64,000 nt of DNA. Source: Pelomyxa schiedti (Eukaryota > Protista > Evosea). How positions within the stretch are numbered: position 1 is the stretch's first letter; each line of letters opens with the position of its first letter. The notes beneath the pieces were generated by a model. The model saw only the letters and a program-made list of their open reading frames with translations. It did not search any database and had not been told where the DNA came from. Shown piece by piece: positions 26,034 through 36,827 of this stretch. Location: positions 75,095-139,094 of the forward strand of contig JAHLWZ010000801.1 of NCBI GenBank assembly GCA_020536535.1, written 5' to 3'. A program made the position numbers and the translations under genes.

Positions 26034-26622
26034 TTTCTCACAACGGGTTTTCGTGTGCGTGGAAAACTCCGGTGTGGGTGGCATTCAGGAGAACCCGGGA
26101 GTTATGGGACCGAGTGTGGACGGATTGAGAAGGTGTTCAGGCCAATGACCTTCAGCCACTTCTCTGGCCAACGGACAAAGGGGCATCATTTTTCCCCAAA
26201 GAACAACAAAAAAACCGTTGACACCATTCCCCTGCGCGGGGTTGAAAAGCTCTCCATAATAAGTGGGTCACCGACTCTCGCTTAAGACTCAGAATGACAC
26301 AACTCTCTTTCACCACCGAACACCAAACGTTTATTTATTAGGCTTCATTGTGATCCTGTTGAACAGTCCCACTTATTTTCCTTGTATGTTGGGCTCTGCA
26401 CCAAACAATAATATTGTCACACCATACCGCTTTCCTCCCCAACTTACGTTCAGTCTCAGATCTCGACAGTTGCAGATTAAACAAACAAAAACTTGGTCTC
26501 TTCGCCACGCCGAGTGTGCCGCACAAGTTCTACGCAACAACCCAAGGTAATATTGTACTTTCGGCACCACGTTCGGGTTTTGTCTTTGACCGTATGTCGT
26601 CGCCACTCACAAACACACAGAG

Positions 26623-28374
26623 ATGTCGAAGGCGATTCCAACCGATTTGACCTGGAACTGCGTACTTGGTAGGAAAGAGACTGGCAATCAACGCTTGGAC
26701 TATGAGTGCCGCTTCGTTATCGGCCAGAAAGAACCAAAGGGCTTTGCTCTCTTCAAGTCGGTCACTGAAAAAAAGGGCGACCCCCACATGCTCCGCATGC
26801 TTGGTACATTGTACATCAGGGGGCAGGGAACGGATAAAGATCCAATCCTGGGAATGCACTACTTACACAAGGCCGTGGATGCCGGCAGCACCGCGGCACT
26901 ATTTGACATAGCCGGCTGCTACTTCAGCGGGAAATGTGGCATTGAGCAAGATTGGGCCAAATCTATTCCTTATCTCACGAAGGGGGCCGATGCTGGGGAT
27001 GCCGATGCAATGTATATCCTTGGAAACTGCTTCTTGGGTGGCATGGGAGTGGATAAAGATCCCAGCAAAGCAGCTGCTTTATTTCAGAAAGCTGCCGATC
27101 TTGGACTTGCCGACGCATGCGTTGACCTTGGAGAGCTTTATATACAAGGCACAGGCGTTCCAATTGATGAGAAAAAGGCTATTCCTCTTTTCCAGAAGGC
27201 TGCAGATGATCCCAAGCTTGGATGGAAGGCACAACTCAATCTCAGTGACTTCTACTTGTACGGCATGGAAGGAGTGTCACAGGATGTGAAGACAGGTCTC
27301 TCATATTTGCAGAAAGCTGTTAAGAAAGGCGATCCAACTGGCTTATTTCGCCTTGGCAGATGTTATGACTTGGGAGTTGGTGTTGAGAAAAATGTCAAGA
27401 GGGCAATCGACCTTTATAAGAGGTCCGTGGAAGGTGGTTGTGGAACAGCAATGTACGGCCTCAGTGAGCACTACCTTAAAGGCTATGGCGTTCCATTTGA
27501 TCCAGAAAAAGCCATTTCACTTCTTCAGAAGTCAGCAAAGATGAACGATCGGCAAGGATTATGGCGCCTGGGCAGATGTTATGCCACTGGAGAAGGAGTC
27601 GAGAAAGACGCCAAAAAAGCAGTTGAACTTTACCAGAGGTCTGTGGGACGTGGTTGTGCAATAGCAATGTACGATCTCAGTGAGCACTACATGAATGGCG
27701 AAGGCGTTACATTTGACCCAGAACAAGCCGTTTCGCTTTTAGAGAGAGCATCAAACGAGGGAATCACTCCAGCAATGCGTAAACTTGCCAAGTACTACAA
27801 GGAGGGCATAGGAGTTGATGTGGACTTGATAAAAGCACTTTCGCTCCTGAAGAATGCCGCTGATGCCGGAGATACTCAAGCAATGATGGAACTCAGTGGC
27901 CATTACGTCATGGGAGAAGGAATCCCCATTGACATGAATCGTGCGGTGCCGCTCATTCAAAGGGCTTATGAAATGGGGAACACTGAAGCCGGGATAACCC
28001 TTGGATGGGGTCTGTTGATGGGTGCTTATGACATGAAACGCGACGTCCGCAGAGCCATTCCCATTCTGAAGAAGGCAGCAGAAGAGTCATCTGATGCAAA
28101 AACCATGTTGGCTTTGTGCTACGAATGTGGCCTAGGAGTGAACAGGGACGTGAACAAGGCCAACACCCTTTTCCAGGAAGTCATTGATAAGGGCTATGCC
28201 AGTGCCATCATCAAGGTTGCGACATACCTGGAACACGGTGCCTTTCACGGACCAAAAGACGTGACCAAGGCATATCAACTTTACACGAGGGCTGCTTGTG
28301 CTGGGGACAAATCGGCACAAGCCAGTCTTTTTGAACTATTGGCTTGTTGCTTGAACGCATTCGAGGCAATTTAA
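26623..28374 (+). CDS. Sel1-like repeat (TPR) protein, ~14 repeats
   Basis: 583-aa ORF with repeated A...LG.CY..G.GV.KD..KA..L.QKAA..G units. A small upstream exon (~26500-26547) may extend the N-terminus. Confidence 0.92.
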   Translation: MSKAIPTDLTWNCVLGRKETGNQRLDYECRFVIGQKEPKGFALFKSVTEKKGDPHMLRMLGTLYIRGQGTDKDPILGMHYLHKAVDAGSTAALFDIAGCYFSGKCGIEQDWAKSIPYLTKGADAGDADAMYILGNCFLGGMGVDKDPSKAAALFQKAADLGLADACVDLGELYIQGTGVPIDEKKAIPLFQKAADDPKLGWKAQLNLSDFYLYGMEGVSQDVKTGLSYLQKAVKKGDPTGLFRLGRCYDLGVGVEKNVKRAIDLYKRSVEGGCGTAMYGLSEHYLKGYGVPFDPEKAISLLQKSAKMNDRQGLWRLGRCYATGEGVEKDAKKAVELYQRSVGRGCAIAMYDLSEHYMNGEGVTFDPEQAVSLLERASNEGITPAMRKLAKYYKEGIGVDVDLIKALSLLKNAADAGDTQAMMELSGHYVMGEGIPIDMNRAVPLIQRAYEMGNTEAGITLGWGLLMGAYDMKRDVRRAIPILKKAAEESSDAKTMLALCYECGLGVNRDVNKANTLFQEVIDKGYASAIIKVATYLEHGAFHGPKDVTKAYQLYTRAACAGDKSAQASLFELLACCLNAFEAI

Positions 28375-28920
28375 CGGATCTACACACAACTTCATCAAAA
28401 AAAAAGAAATGGAAAAAATTAAGTGTCCGCAGTTGCCAAGAAAACGAAAAATTTAATTAAAACGAATCGTTTGCACGCGTAGAGGTGCGACCTTGGGCGT
28501 GCGTTTCGTCGCGACACGGAGCGTATGGCTACTATAATTCAAGCAGTGTGTTCCTCAACAACAAACATCCGAAAATGCGGCACCATTTGGGGTACGAAAG
28601 TGGTTTTTTTGTTCTGTTTCTTGTGTCTTGGTTTTTGTTTTTTGCTTTTGCTTTACCTTTTGTTCCTGCATGTTGTTTCCAGTGTGACTGCCTTCATGTT
28701 CATTCATATGCAGTTCACTCAATGATATTTACGACTCTTTGCCTTGGCTATTAGGATCCTTTTTGTTTCCTTCTCAAGGTACGGAATATCCCTCTTTGCG
28801 TTCCTTCCTTTTTCCTTCAATTAATCTCGTGTTTAGTTTGAAGTTTGTTGTTGATGACACACTTGGGTGGTGGTGTTGGACTTTTGGAACAGTGTTGCTT
28901 GCGTGGGAGGAGTTTTGGAA

Positions 28921-28953
28921 CATCGGAACAACATCGGAACAACATCGGAACAA
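28921..28953. repeat. Tandem repeat (CATCGGAACAA) x3
   Basis: Three perfect 11-bp units at 28921, 28932 and 28943. Confidence 0.9.
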
Positions 28954-29060
28954 CAACTACAACAAACCCTCCTTAACTGAGGCATTCAATTCAGTCATCC
29001 CGAATCTCTCAGCACTCACTACAGTCACTCACTCCAGCAGCAGCAGCTGCTAGTTTTTCC

Positions 29061-29244
29061 CTCAAGGTAATTAACATCCTCCTTGTGCTTCTCAGAGATA
29101 TTAATTTCGAGTTTGAATAGGTTGTTGTAATATATAATGACTACTTGACTCTCTTGTTGACACTCCAGCTGGTTTTTTCCTCAAGGTAATTAACATCCTC
29201 CTTGTGTTTCTCAGAGATATTAATTTCGAGTTTGAATAGGTTGT
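29061..29244. repeat. 65-bp near-perfect direct repeat (29061-29125 and 29180-29244, period 119 bp)
   Basis: ctcaaggtaattaacatcctccttgtg(c/t)ttctcagagatattaatttcgagtttgaataggttgt occurs twice with one mismatch. Confidence 0.9.
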
Positions 29245-29456
29245 GCTAAAAAAAGACTGCTGTAACTCAGCCACTTGCTTTTGTGGGAGCACAACTTTAA
29301 ATGGAATCCCTCAAGAGTGCATTTTGTATTAATGGTCAAGGTGCCCGGTCATTGTGGGGAACCCTCAATGGAAAGAACCGGAAAGCAAACCAGCTTTTTA
29401 CGTGTAGTGTTGTTACTCAACAAAAAGCCCAAATTTATTTACGGTAATCAAAAGTG

Positions 29457-31007
29457 ATGTACGATAACGAGCAAGCGGAGGAGCCCCACAATAAAAAACC
29501 GCGCACAGCAAAGAGACACAATGTTCCCAGCCGACCACAACCAGGGGCGAGCCTGGCAACGAGGGTGCAGTACCACCTGACGCGGATCCTGGAGGCTGCA
29601 AACGACTCCAGTGGTAATAATGGGACTCATCTAGTCATTTCCGCCAAAGATCAGTTTATTGCCCTTTCGGTGGGTGCAATGATCAGAAGGTGTGCTGGTT
29701 TTCATGGCGACGACTACGAGAATGGCCGCAGAATGGAAAGACCAACGACAAGACCACCAATAGGAATGACGAGAGTATGTAGGGGGAGGCAGACCGCGGC
29801 CGGGAATTATGGGAGTGCACTTTGGGTGCTGTCTGGGTGCCCTGGTGTGTTGAGTGTGTTGGGCCAGGAATGGGTCGTGGCCGTAGAGAGGAGGGCCGCC
29901 TTCACCATTGCAGGCTGGATGGGCCTTTATGAGCAGAATTCTCCACCGTACCGTAGATATGGGATCGGCCCGCATATATTCATTGCGGTGTCTTACACAC
30001 TCGGCGTTGTCAAATGCAGGCACTTTGTGACTGAGGGAGAAAGCCACTGCTGCCTTGAGGGATATATTGGGTCTGTTAACAGTCAATCAAAATTAGCAAG
30101 AGAGGAAAACCTAGAGAAACAGAACCCTGGAGAACCTATAACTACAAGTACAAATGTACACAGTTGTGGTCGAAGTGATGTCTCTGGTGGGGGGGGTGAT
30201 GATAGGATTGTGGTCTCGAGGAGCAACGGCTCAGTAGTGGATGTTATTGACTGCAGTGGAGTGGTAGTGAGGAATCTGTTCACACAAGGGAATTGGGGAT
30301 ATTCGCTTGTAAATGCCCACTGCAACTCACATTGGATCGTTCTGCACCATAGAGCTCGTGGCCCCCGGGATTCTGTTCTTTTCTGGAGGGTTGTTGATGG
30401 GCTTCCTGAAACGGGTTTACCTCACCGCCTGGCCAAAAGGTACCCTTCGGATGTATGTTTCTCTGGTTGGAATTGTGATGTTTTGCTGTTATTTGGCACC
30501 AACTTTGATGCCAACTGGGGATGTGTGACGCTGGTGGATTTGAAAGAGTCATGCGGAACGAACTCAGTTGTAGTCTTGCAAGAACTCACCACTCCCTACA
30601 CAATGTATCCAGAGAGGTTGGTTGGGTCAGAGTCCGAACCCTACATCATTTTTAACAAGCAGATTTACAGCCCAGAATCAAACCGTACCCACAAAATAGG
30701 GAATGAATACCCCATTGATGTCATAAGCACAACACAGTTCTGCGTTTCTGGATTAGACACCAGAAACACCCCGATACAAATTTACACTGTGCCCAACATT
30801 GACGCCCCCAGTCTCACTCTCTGGCCCAGAAACATTACCGAGCCAGAACCATTGATTCTTTCCCCGTGCAAAATTCCGTTTCAGAGCGGGATTGTGGCTT
30901 GGAACCTATCTACCCCAACTCTCCTCAGAACCGGCACTGTCCTCACAGATCTCACAACAGGTACTCTTCTTGCCATCGTTCCGTGTGTTTCTGCCAAAAC
31001 CACATAA
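29457..31007 (+). CDS. Intronless hypothetical protein (~516 aa), likely a member of a lineage-specific expanded family with a beta-rich (propeller-like) C-terminal part
   Basis: Single long ORF. Motifs AKDQFIALSVGAMIRRC, LGQEWVVA, FIAVSYTLGVV, HCNSHWIV, W-rich beta strands. No enzyme motif recognised. Confidence 0.7.
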   Translation: MYDNEQAEEPHNKKPRTAKRHNVPSRPQPGASLATRVQYHLTRILEAANDSSGNNGTHLVISAKDQFIALSVGAMIRRCAGFHGDDYENGRRMERPTTRPPIGMTRVCRGRQTAAGNYGSALWVLSGCPGVLSVLGQEWVVAVERRAAFTIAGWMGLYEQNSPPYRRYGIGPHIFIAVSYTLGVVKCRHFVTEGESHCCLEGYIGSVNSQSKLAREENLEKQNPGEPITTSTNVHSCGRSDVSGGGGDDRIVVSRSNGSVVDVIDCSGVVVRNLFTQGNWGYSLVNAHCNSHWIVLHHRARGPRDSVLFWRVVDGLPETGLPHRLAKRYPSDVCFSGWNCDVLLLFGTNFDANWGCVTLVDLKESCGTNSVVVLQELTTPYTMYPERLVGSESEPYIIFNKQIYSPESNRTHKIGNEYPIDVISTTQFCVSGLDTRNTPIQIYTVPNIDAPSLTLWPRNITEPEPLILSPCKIPFQSGIVAWNLSTPTLLRTGTVLTDLTTGTLLAIVPCVSAKTT

Positions 31008-31400
31008 ATGTTTCAAAAAAAAAAACTCTTTGAATGGTGGTGAGAAAAAGGGCACAATAATTGGCTTCTTACGAACGGAAAGGGAAAAACCATCGTGGCA
31101 TGCAAGGAGGAGTTTGCGGGGGTGCCGTGGAGATGCTGACAGCCTATCAAGACGCCCATAACCGGCATAAGGGAAGGTCACTTTTATTCTGCCGTCTTTC
31201 CGATCCAGGGCCCCTGCGATGTTTGTTGTTTCTCAACTCGGCCCAAGACAGTTCTCACCCCCACCATCCCACAAGTCGGAGTTACGGAAAATTTTTGAGC
31301 ATACAAGCGGGGACCCCGCCCCAAACTTTGGCCCCGAGGTCTGTGTGCGGCTATCCTTTGTCCTCTTGTTGCCGTGCTACATCGAATTCTAAAACCAAAC

Positions 31401-31572
31401 AACTATGACTCTCTTAAGGTAATAACCAACCACCCAACTAGTGGCGAGCGTTTGAGGATGACGAGGCGGCTACCTTTAATTCCCCAAGCACTCAGCGCTA
31501 ACTCCTTCCTGACCTGGGAGGAGCCCCTTGGGTAAAGGACTGCCGTTGCCGGCCTCGGGGTCTTATTTTTTT
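31401..31572 (+). ncRNA. Candidate structured small ncRNA with LSU-rRNA-related segments (class unknown)
   Basis: Intergenic with no ORF. 21-nt identity to conserved LSU rRNA (AACTATGACTCTCTTAAGGTA, 31401-31421). Antisense LSU segments GATGACGAGGC (31457-67) and GGCTACCTT (31468-76). Long nested hairpin 31459-31562. Ends in AT7G. Confidence 0.4.
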
Positions 31573-31701
31573 GGGGTTTGCGGTTTTATTTATTGCCTTG
31601 TGTGTTTGTTGTGTAACATATGTTTGGAACCCACCATAACCAAATACTTATGCAAAATAACCAATAATGGTTGGTGGGAAGTAAAAGAAACAAGAAACTT
31701 T

Positions 31702-33205
31702 TTATGCTCTGGAAAATGACAAAATTTTTACAATTAGATTTATACACAGTCCAGTAACAAGACCTTTGTATTGGGGAAGTGTGAGAAGAGGTAAAGGTTG
31801 CTTTTGATTGGGAATGAAGTACCTAGTTTAGTTCTCTGTGACAAGGATTTGTCTCTCATCTGGTGACTGTTAGGCTACACTCGGGATTTAGATTGTACTC
31901 ACCCAAAAGACCATCACTATACCAAGTAACATGCCTATAATTACACCATAAACCATATCCATGTTGGAGCCCTCCCCTGCTCTTACTCTTCCAACGATGT
32001 TGTAGTGCATTGAATAGGGGTTATTGTTGGCAGCTACTGGCCGAGTTTGCGGGGTTGCTAATGATGGTAAGTAAAGCAGTAATAGAATAAAATTATAGAA
32101 TTTTACCTTCACGCAGCCCGAGCATCTCGTCCACCATCACGTCTTCAGCAGCCAACCTTGCATTAGGTGAAATATCTACAGTAGTTGTGTCTCTATTTGC
32201 ATGAAATGTGTCACGGAGTTGAGCAATTTCTCCATGAGAAAAGCCCAAGGTAATCAGCCGATCAAAGCCATGAGTTTCTTCCTCTCCATAGAGAAGCGGG
32301 GCATGTGCGTTTGTGTTGGTGTGTGCGTGGCGGCGGCGCCCACGAGAGTTAGTATGTCCACGACTGTGGCTGTGCCTGTGACTGTGATTGTGACTTCTAG
32401 AGCCCTCAGTATCCTTTAAGATGTGAGTGCTGGGCTGTTTTTATTTTAAGGAGACAAACCACTGGTACTCGAACTTCAGGCCTGGAGTCCGATACTACAG
32501 CATGAACAACACAGTCCTGTACAATTCCAAGAGACTCCAAAGTTGCAGCTGGTTGGGATGATCTTCCTTTGAAAATGATTTTTACAGTCTTATCCTGCAA
32601 CTCTGGGCATTCGTGCAAAACCTGTTTGTTTGTTCAAATGATGAGTGGCAGACTTTGAACAACGCCCAAAAGATGATTTGACACAAGCAATCAAATGAAG
32701 GAAGGCAAACGCTCAGAGACTAAATCAAGAGGTATGTAGGTACCAATCGGATGAGCGCGGCCACAGTGTCCTCCGGCACAACCCGCACTCTGACCGTGCG
32801 CCGCGGCAAAACCTTCACAGTCACACTAATCACGCCGCCGGCCACAGAATCGCCGCGGCTCTCCGCGGCCGCCTCCAGACTCTCACTCGGCACCAAAGCG
32901 GCGTAGGTGCCGGCCGCCGCGTTTCCGCTTGCGTCGGCGTCGGCGTTTGCGTTGGTAGTCCCCGTTTCGACGCCGCTGCCGATCCCGATGGCGCCGCTTT
33001 CGCTGCCGCTGCTGGGGCTGGTGCCCGCGTAGTCGCTTTTTGTCGCGGAGGATCGCGTTTCGTCGCAGATCGGCTGCGACGGCGATGGGGACGACGACGG
33101 GGGCTCGGCGGCAGCCGCGGGGTACGTGGATCTCGATTTGGTGTCGGAGACAGGTGCGGTTGCAGTTGGCCCGTTGTCGTCGCTTTCGTCGGATGAGGCC
33201 TTCAT
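31702..33205 (-). CDS. DSC3/DUF2407-like ubiquitin-like-domain membrane protein (Dsc E3 ligase complex subunit)
   Basis: UBL domain VTVKVLPRRTV...VKIIFKGR...LESLGIVQDCVVHAVVS, then HGFDRLITLGFSHGEIAQLRDTF and TM hairpin DMVYGVIIGMLLGIVMVFW...GLVTGLCINLIV. TAA at 31702. Confidence 0.75.
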
Positions 33206-33300
33206 CACCTCGACAAAAATTTACAATTTTTTTGGTTTTGTTCGGTTCCAACGAGATTGTGTGCACACACGGAACAAATCGATCGAAGGATCCAAATTGG

Positions 33301-36300
33301 ATGATTCTCTGGCCCCCGGTGGCGGTTTTTGTGCTTCCGTCACTGTGCCTCACAAATAAGAAGAGTGTCAGTGATGAGAGACCTGTTTTTCACAGACCAG
33401 GAAAACATGCAAAGTTTTTGAAAGCGATTGTGAATAAAACAAAAAAAAACCAAACAAACAAAGTTTCTCACCCAACCCCTCCCGAAACGGCGTCGTCGAC
33501 GAGTGCAGCAGGCACGACCCCGCCGCCCAACCCCGGCGCCGCCGCAGCCGCGGGGCCCAAGAAGCGCAAGGGCCTGTACGGCTCGTTCAGCGAGGGCCTC
33601 GAGACCTACCGCCGCGACGTCGGCGCCATCCGCTCCATGCTGACGCAGATCCCCGACGACCCGCGGGCCATCGACGGCGGCGACTGCGCCATGCACCGCA
33701 TGTTCTTCAAGAGCATCGCCAAGCAGGCCGAGCGCTGCGCCGCCTTCTGCAACGCCCTCGTCCAGATCGTCCGCGTGCAGGCCGCCTTCCGCGGCCGCCG
33801 CGTCCGCCGCTCCTTCTGCATCTCGTCATCCCCTCAGTCTCAGTCCCAGTCACAGCCCCAGGCTCACCCTACGGTAGTGCCCAGGATGATGAAACTGTGG
33901 AAATCTGCGGAACTAAGGGCGAGGAACGACGCTCTGAGGGATTTGATGAAGGTCGAAATCACTTTTCGGCGAAAGGTGTCGGCGCTGAGGGACGGCTTCG
34001 CTGCGCCGCTGAGGCAGTCCCTCGAGACCAAGGCGCCGTTGCTGACGGGGCAGGAAATCGCCGCAATTTTCTCGCCGCTGGATGCAGTTGCTGCCATTGA
34101 TGACACGATTTACAAGAAGCTGGATGAGGTATATTCCACTCACTGGCCATTTGTGTGCAATGTGGGTGAGGTGTTCACAAGTGTGGCTCCTCAGCTGTCT
34201 GCTTATGGCCAGTATTCCAAAAATGGTTTGTTTCCGGAACAATTCTTATTTGTTCTATTCACACTCCTCTTTTCTTTTTCCCACTCCCTTCATTCTCTAT
34301 TCGTTTTTGGAGTGTTCTTTTAACAATAATGATTTAGTCCCCATTGCCGTGCAGACGGTAATCATGCTGAGCCAGACTAATCCTCGGTTTGCCACCTTTT
34401 TGGCCCAAGTGGAATTGGAAGGTGACCTTGAAGGTGCTCGCCTCATTGACCTTCTACCAGCTCCACTTCAGCAAATTTCAAAGTACGAAATATCAATGCA
34501 AAGTCTCATGGAGGCTACTGCTAAGTTGGCCCACAATAATGCCTTCTCGCACTTGATCCCTCCAACTGAACTCGAGTCGTTAGCTACTGCCACTACCCTG
34601 TTACAGCGCGTCAACATGGTTGGTTGGACTACTAGTTCGTTTTACTCATTACTAAAGCCGTCACTAGGTTCTCTATGTGAGCTATGAAATGTCAAGCAAT
34701 AGAAGTATGGTGGTAAGCATTCTTAAAAACCTTGCCAACAGTAAGGCACTGGAAGGAGAATCCAGCCGGCGTTTTATCAGTGAAGGAGACTGCACTATAG
34801 TCAGTAAAAGCCACTTGCTGCACAAAGAGAGCAAGCGACATTTCTTTCTGTTCAATGACGTTCTTGCACTAGCAAAGCGTAATCGCATTTCATATAATGC
34901 CAAAGAGTTGTTGTGGCTGAAAACAGTGAAACTCGAGCCTGTCCCACCTACCGATGGTGGAGCCACTTCCATTATGCTCGTATCACCTCAGAGAAGTATC
35001 TTGATGATTCTTTCAACTCCAAGTCAAGCTGCTGAAATGGAAACTCAAATTTCATTTCTGATTCAAAGCAGTGTCTCACCGGCACTGGTTTTTGGAGGTG
35101 ACTTGAGCGAATTGGTGATAAGAGATAGCTCCAACGGTGTTCCGTCAGTTCTACAAATACTGGCAAACCTCCTTCTTCCCCATCTTGGGACAGAAGGGAT
35201 ATTTCGTGAAGCGGGAAACAAACAAAAGATAGAAGAGTTACAACGTGCCTTCAATGAGTCCAAGTGGGAGGGTGTAGATATCATTGGAGAATATGGCATA
35301 CATTCTGTCGCTTCGGCAAGGCCTGAAAAAAACCAACATTATATATTTATTTATTAGGGTTTGGGGCTTTCGTTTTTACCCATATCCTGGATATGGCTCT
35401 TTTGCTGAACATTTTCAAAATAGACATTCAAGTCTTTCTTCTCTACTCTTCTGGAGCCACTATTTCCCTACCCTGTTTATGATAAAATGGTAACTCTTGC
35501 TGACAACAAGACGATTTCCAATGCTGAAAAACTTTCCTCAATGAAGACCATGCTTACTTCCATGCCTACATGTAACAAGTCTGACTTCCTTTCTACCATC
35601 TGTCTACTCATGTTTTTCCATATTGGCAATCAGAAATGTACTTTCTTTTCTGCTTCAGTTTATATCAACTGCTGCCACACATTCTGCTTCAAGTATGATG
35701 ACACCAAGAAATTTAAGTATTGTTTTTACTCCAGCCATTCTTCGTCCCCAGGTTAGAGGTTTTTTTTAAAAAAAAATTGATCCTTTACTAGGTAGTAACA
35801 GTAGAAACGACTGTAAAATGCTTAGATCTTGTGGACCTGGTGCAAATTTTGGTTGAAGACTGCAATGAAATTATGGTTCTTGACAAACCTGAAGAGGGAG
35901 CTAGTCCTACAGCACTGCCCAAGAGCCACATCGAACGAAAGCCACCCCAGCAAGTTCAGCCTCAAGCACACCCACAAGGGCCATCCCAAACACCTAGACA
36001 ACAACCACGCACACCAACCCAGCCACAATCGCCAGGCCAGCTCCAGCCGTCACAAACTAGACAGATACTCAGGCAGAACCCTGTACAATCGTCATCCCCA
36101 TCACCTTCACAACCGACTGGTTCTCAGGCCCAGCCGGCTACCTCACAGCAAACGCCAATATCAACTTCGCAGCCGCTTCTACACCAACCACCTACTCCCT
36201 CAGCTCCACTACAAAACTCCCAATCTGTAATACAACAAAATCATTCACCCAGGCATGCTCCTACACCACCACTGGCAACATCGCAAATCCACCAGCAACC

Positions 36301-36727
36301 ACCCGATAGAAGCCAGCCGTCTTCTTCTTCGCCCTCACCGCGGCGAAAACTTAGCAATACAGAAGGAGGCACAGCCCCTGTGTCCTCAAGCCCTCAAATT
36401 TCAACTCAAAAAACATTTGCAGGACTGAAAGTCAAACCCCCAACACCGGTTTCACCTCCTGCAACCCCGGCTGTGACACAGCAAGCAGAAACGGAACCAT
36501 TCTTCCCTCTTTCAGGTTTCCTCACCTAGCATTACACTATTTGGCTCACTCTCAATGAAACAGTTCTACAGGCACGTCCACTTCCGGCAGCTGTGGATTC
36601 TACACGAATTCCCTTCTTTTTGAGCCCAACAGAATTCATGGCTACGTTTGGGATGACCAAGGACAGTTTCAACAAACTCCCACCATGGAAACAAACAACC
36701 CTCAAGAAGGAGACTGGTCTCTTTTAA
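33301..36727 (+). CDS. IQ + RhoGEF (DH) + PH + RhoGAP + Pro/Gln-rich + villin headpiece protein
   Basis: IQ: [16 protein letters not shown]: [15 protein letters not shown]...QEIAAIFS...VGEVF...YGQY...[17 protein letters not shown]: RRFISEG...[13 protein letters not shown]: VFGGDL...VPSVL...[12 protein letters not shown]: [35 protein letters not shown]. Start codon uncertain. Confidence 0.85.
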
Positions 36728-36827
36728 GCAAAAACAAAAAAATATGTGTAATAGAATAACGAAACAAACTTTTTTTACTTTATGATGTTTTGCACTACGG
36801 TGTTTGACGAAAATCGGCCTCCAGAAA

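Noticed and set aside
28921-29244. CRISPR-like array
   Set aside because: Only two long repeats and one short tandem repeat; no regular spacers, no cas genes, eukaryotic context.
31401-31479. rRNA gene
   Set aside because: Only 21 nt sense plus short antisense pieces; the flanks are not rRNA-like.
31401-31572. Assignment as U1, U3, U4, U5, RNase MRP or a canonical C/D snoRNA
   Set aside because: There are partial resemblances (GAGGATGA, UGAGG..CGAGGCG, Sm-like tract). The invariant elements are missing: U1 ACUUACCU, U5 loop 1, U4 stem I UGCUAAU, U3 B/C/D boxes, MRP P4.
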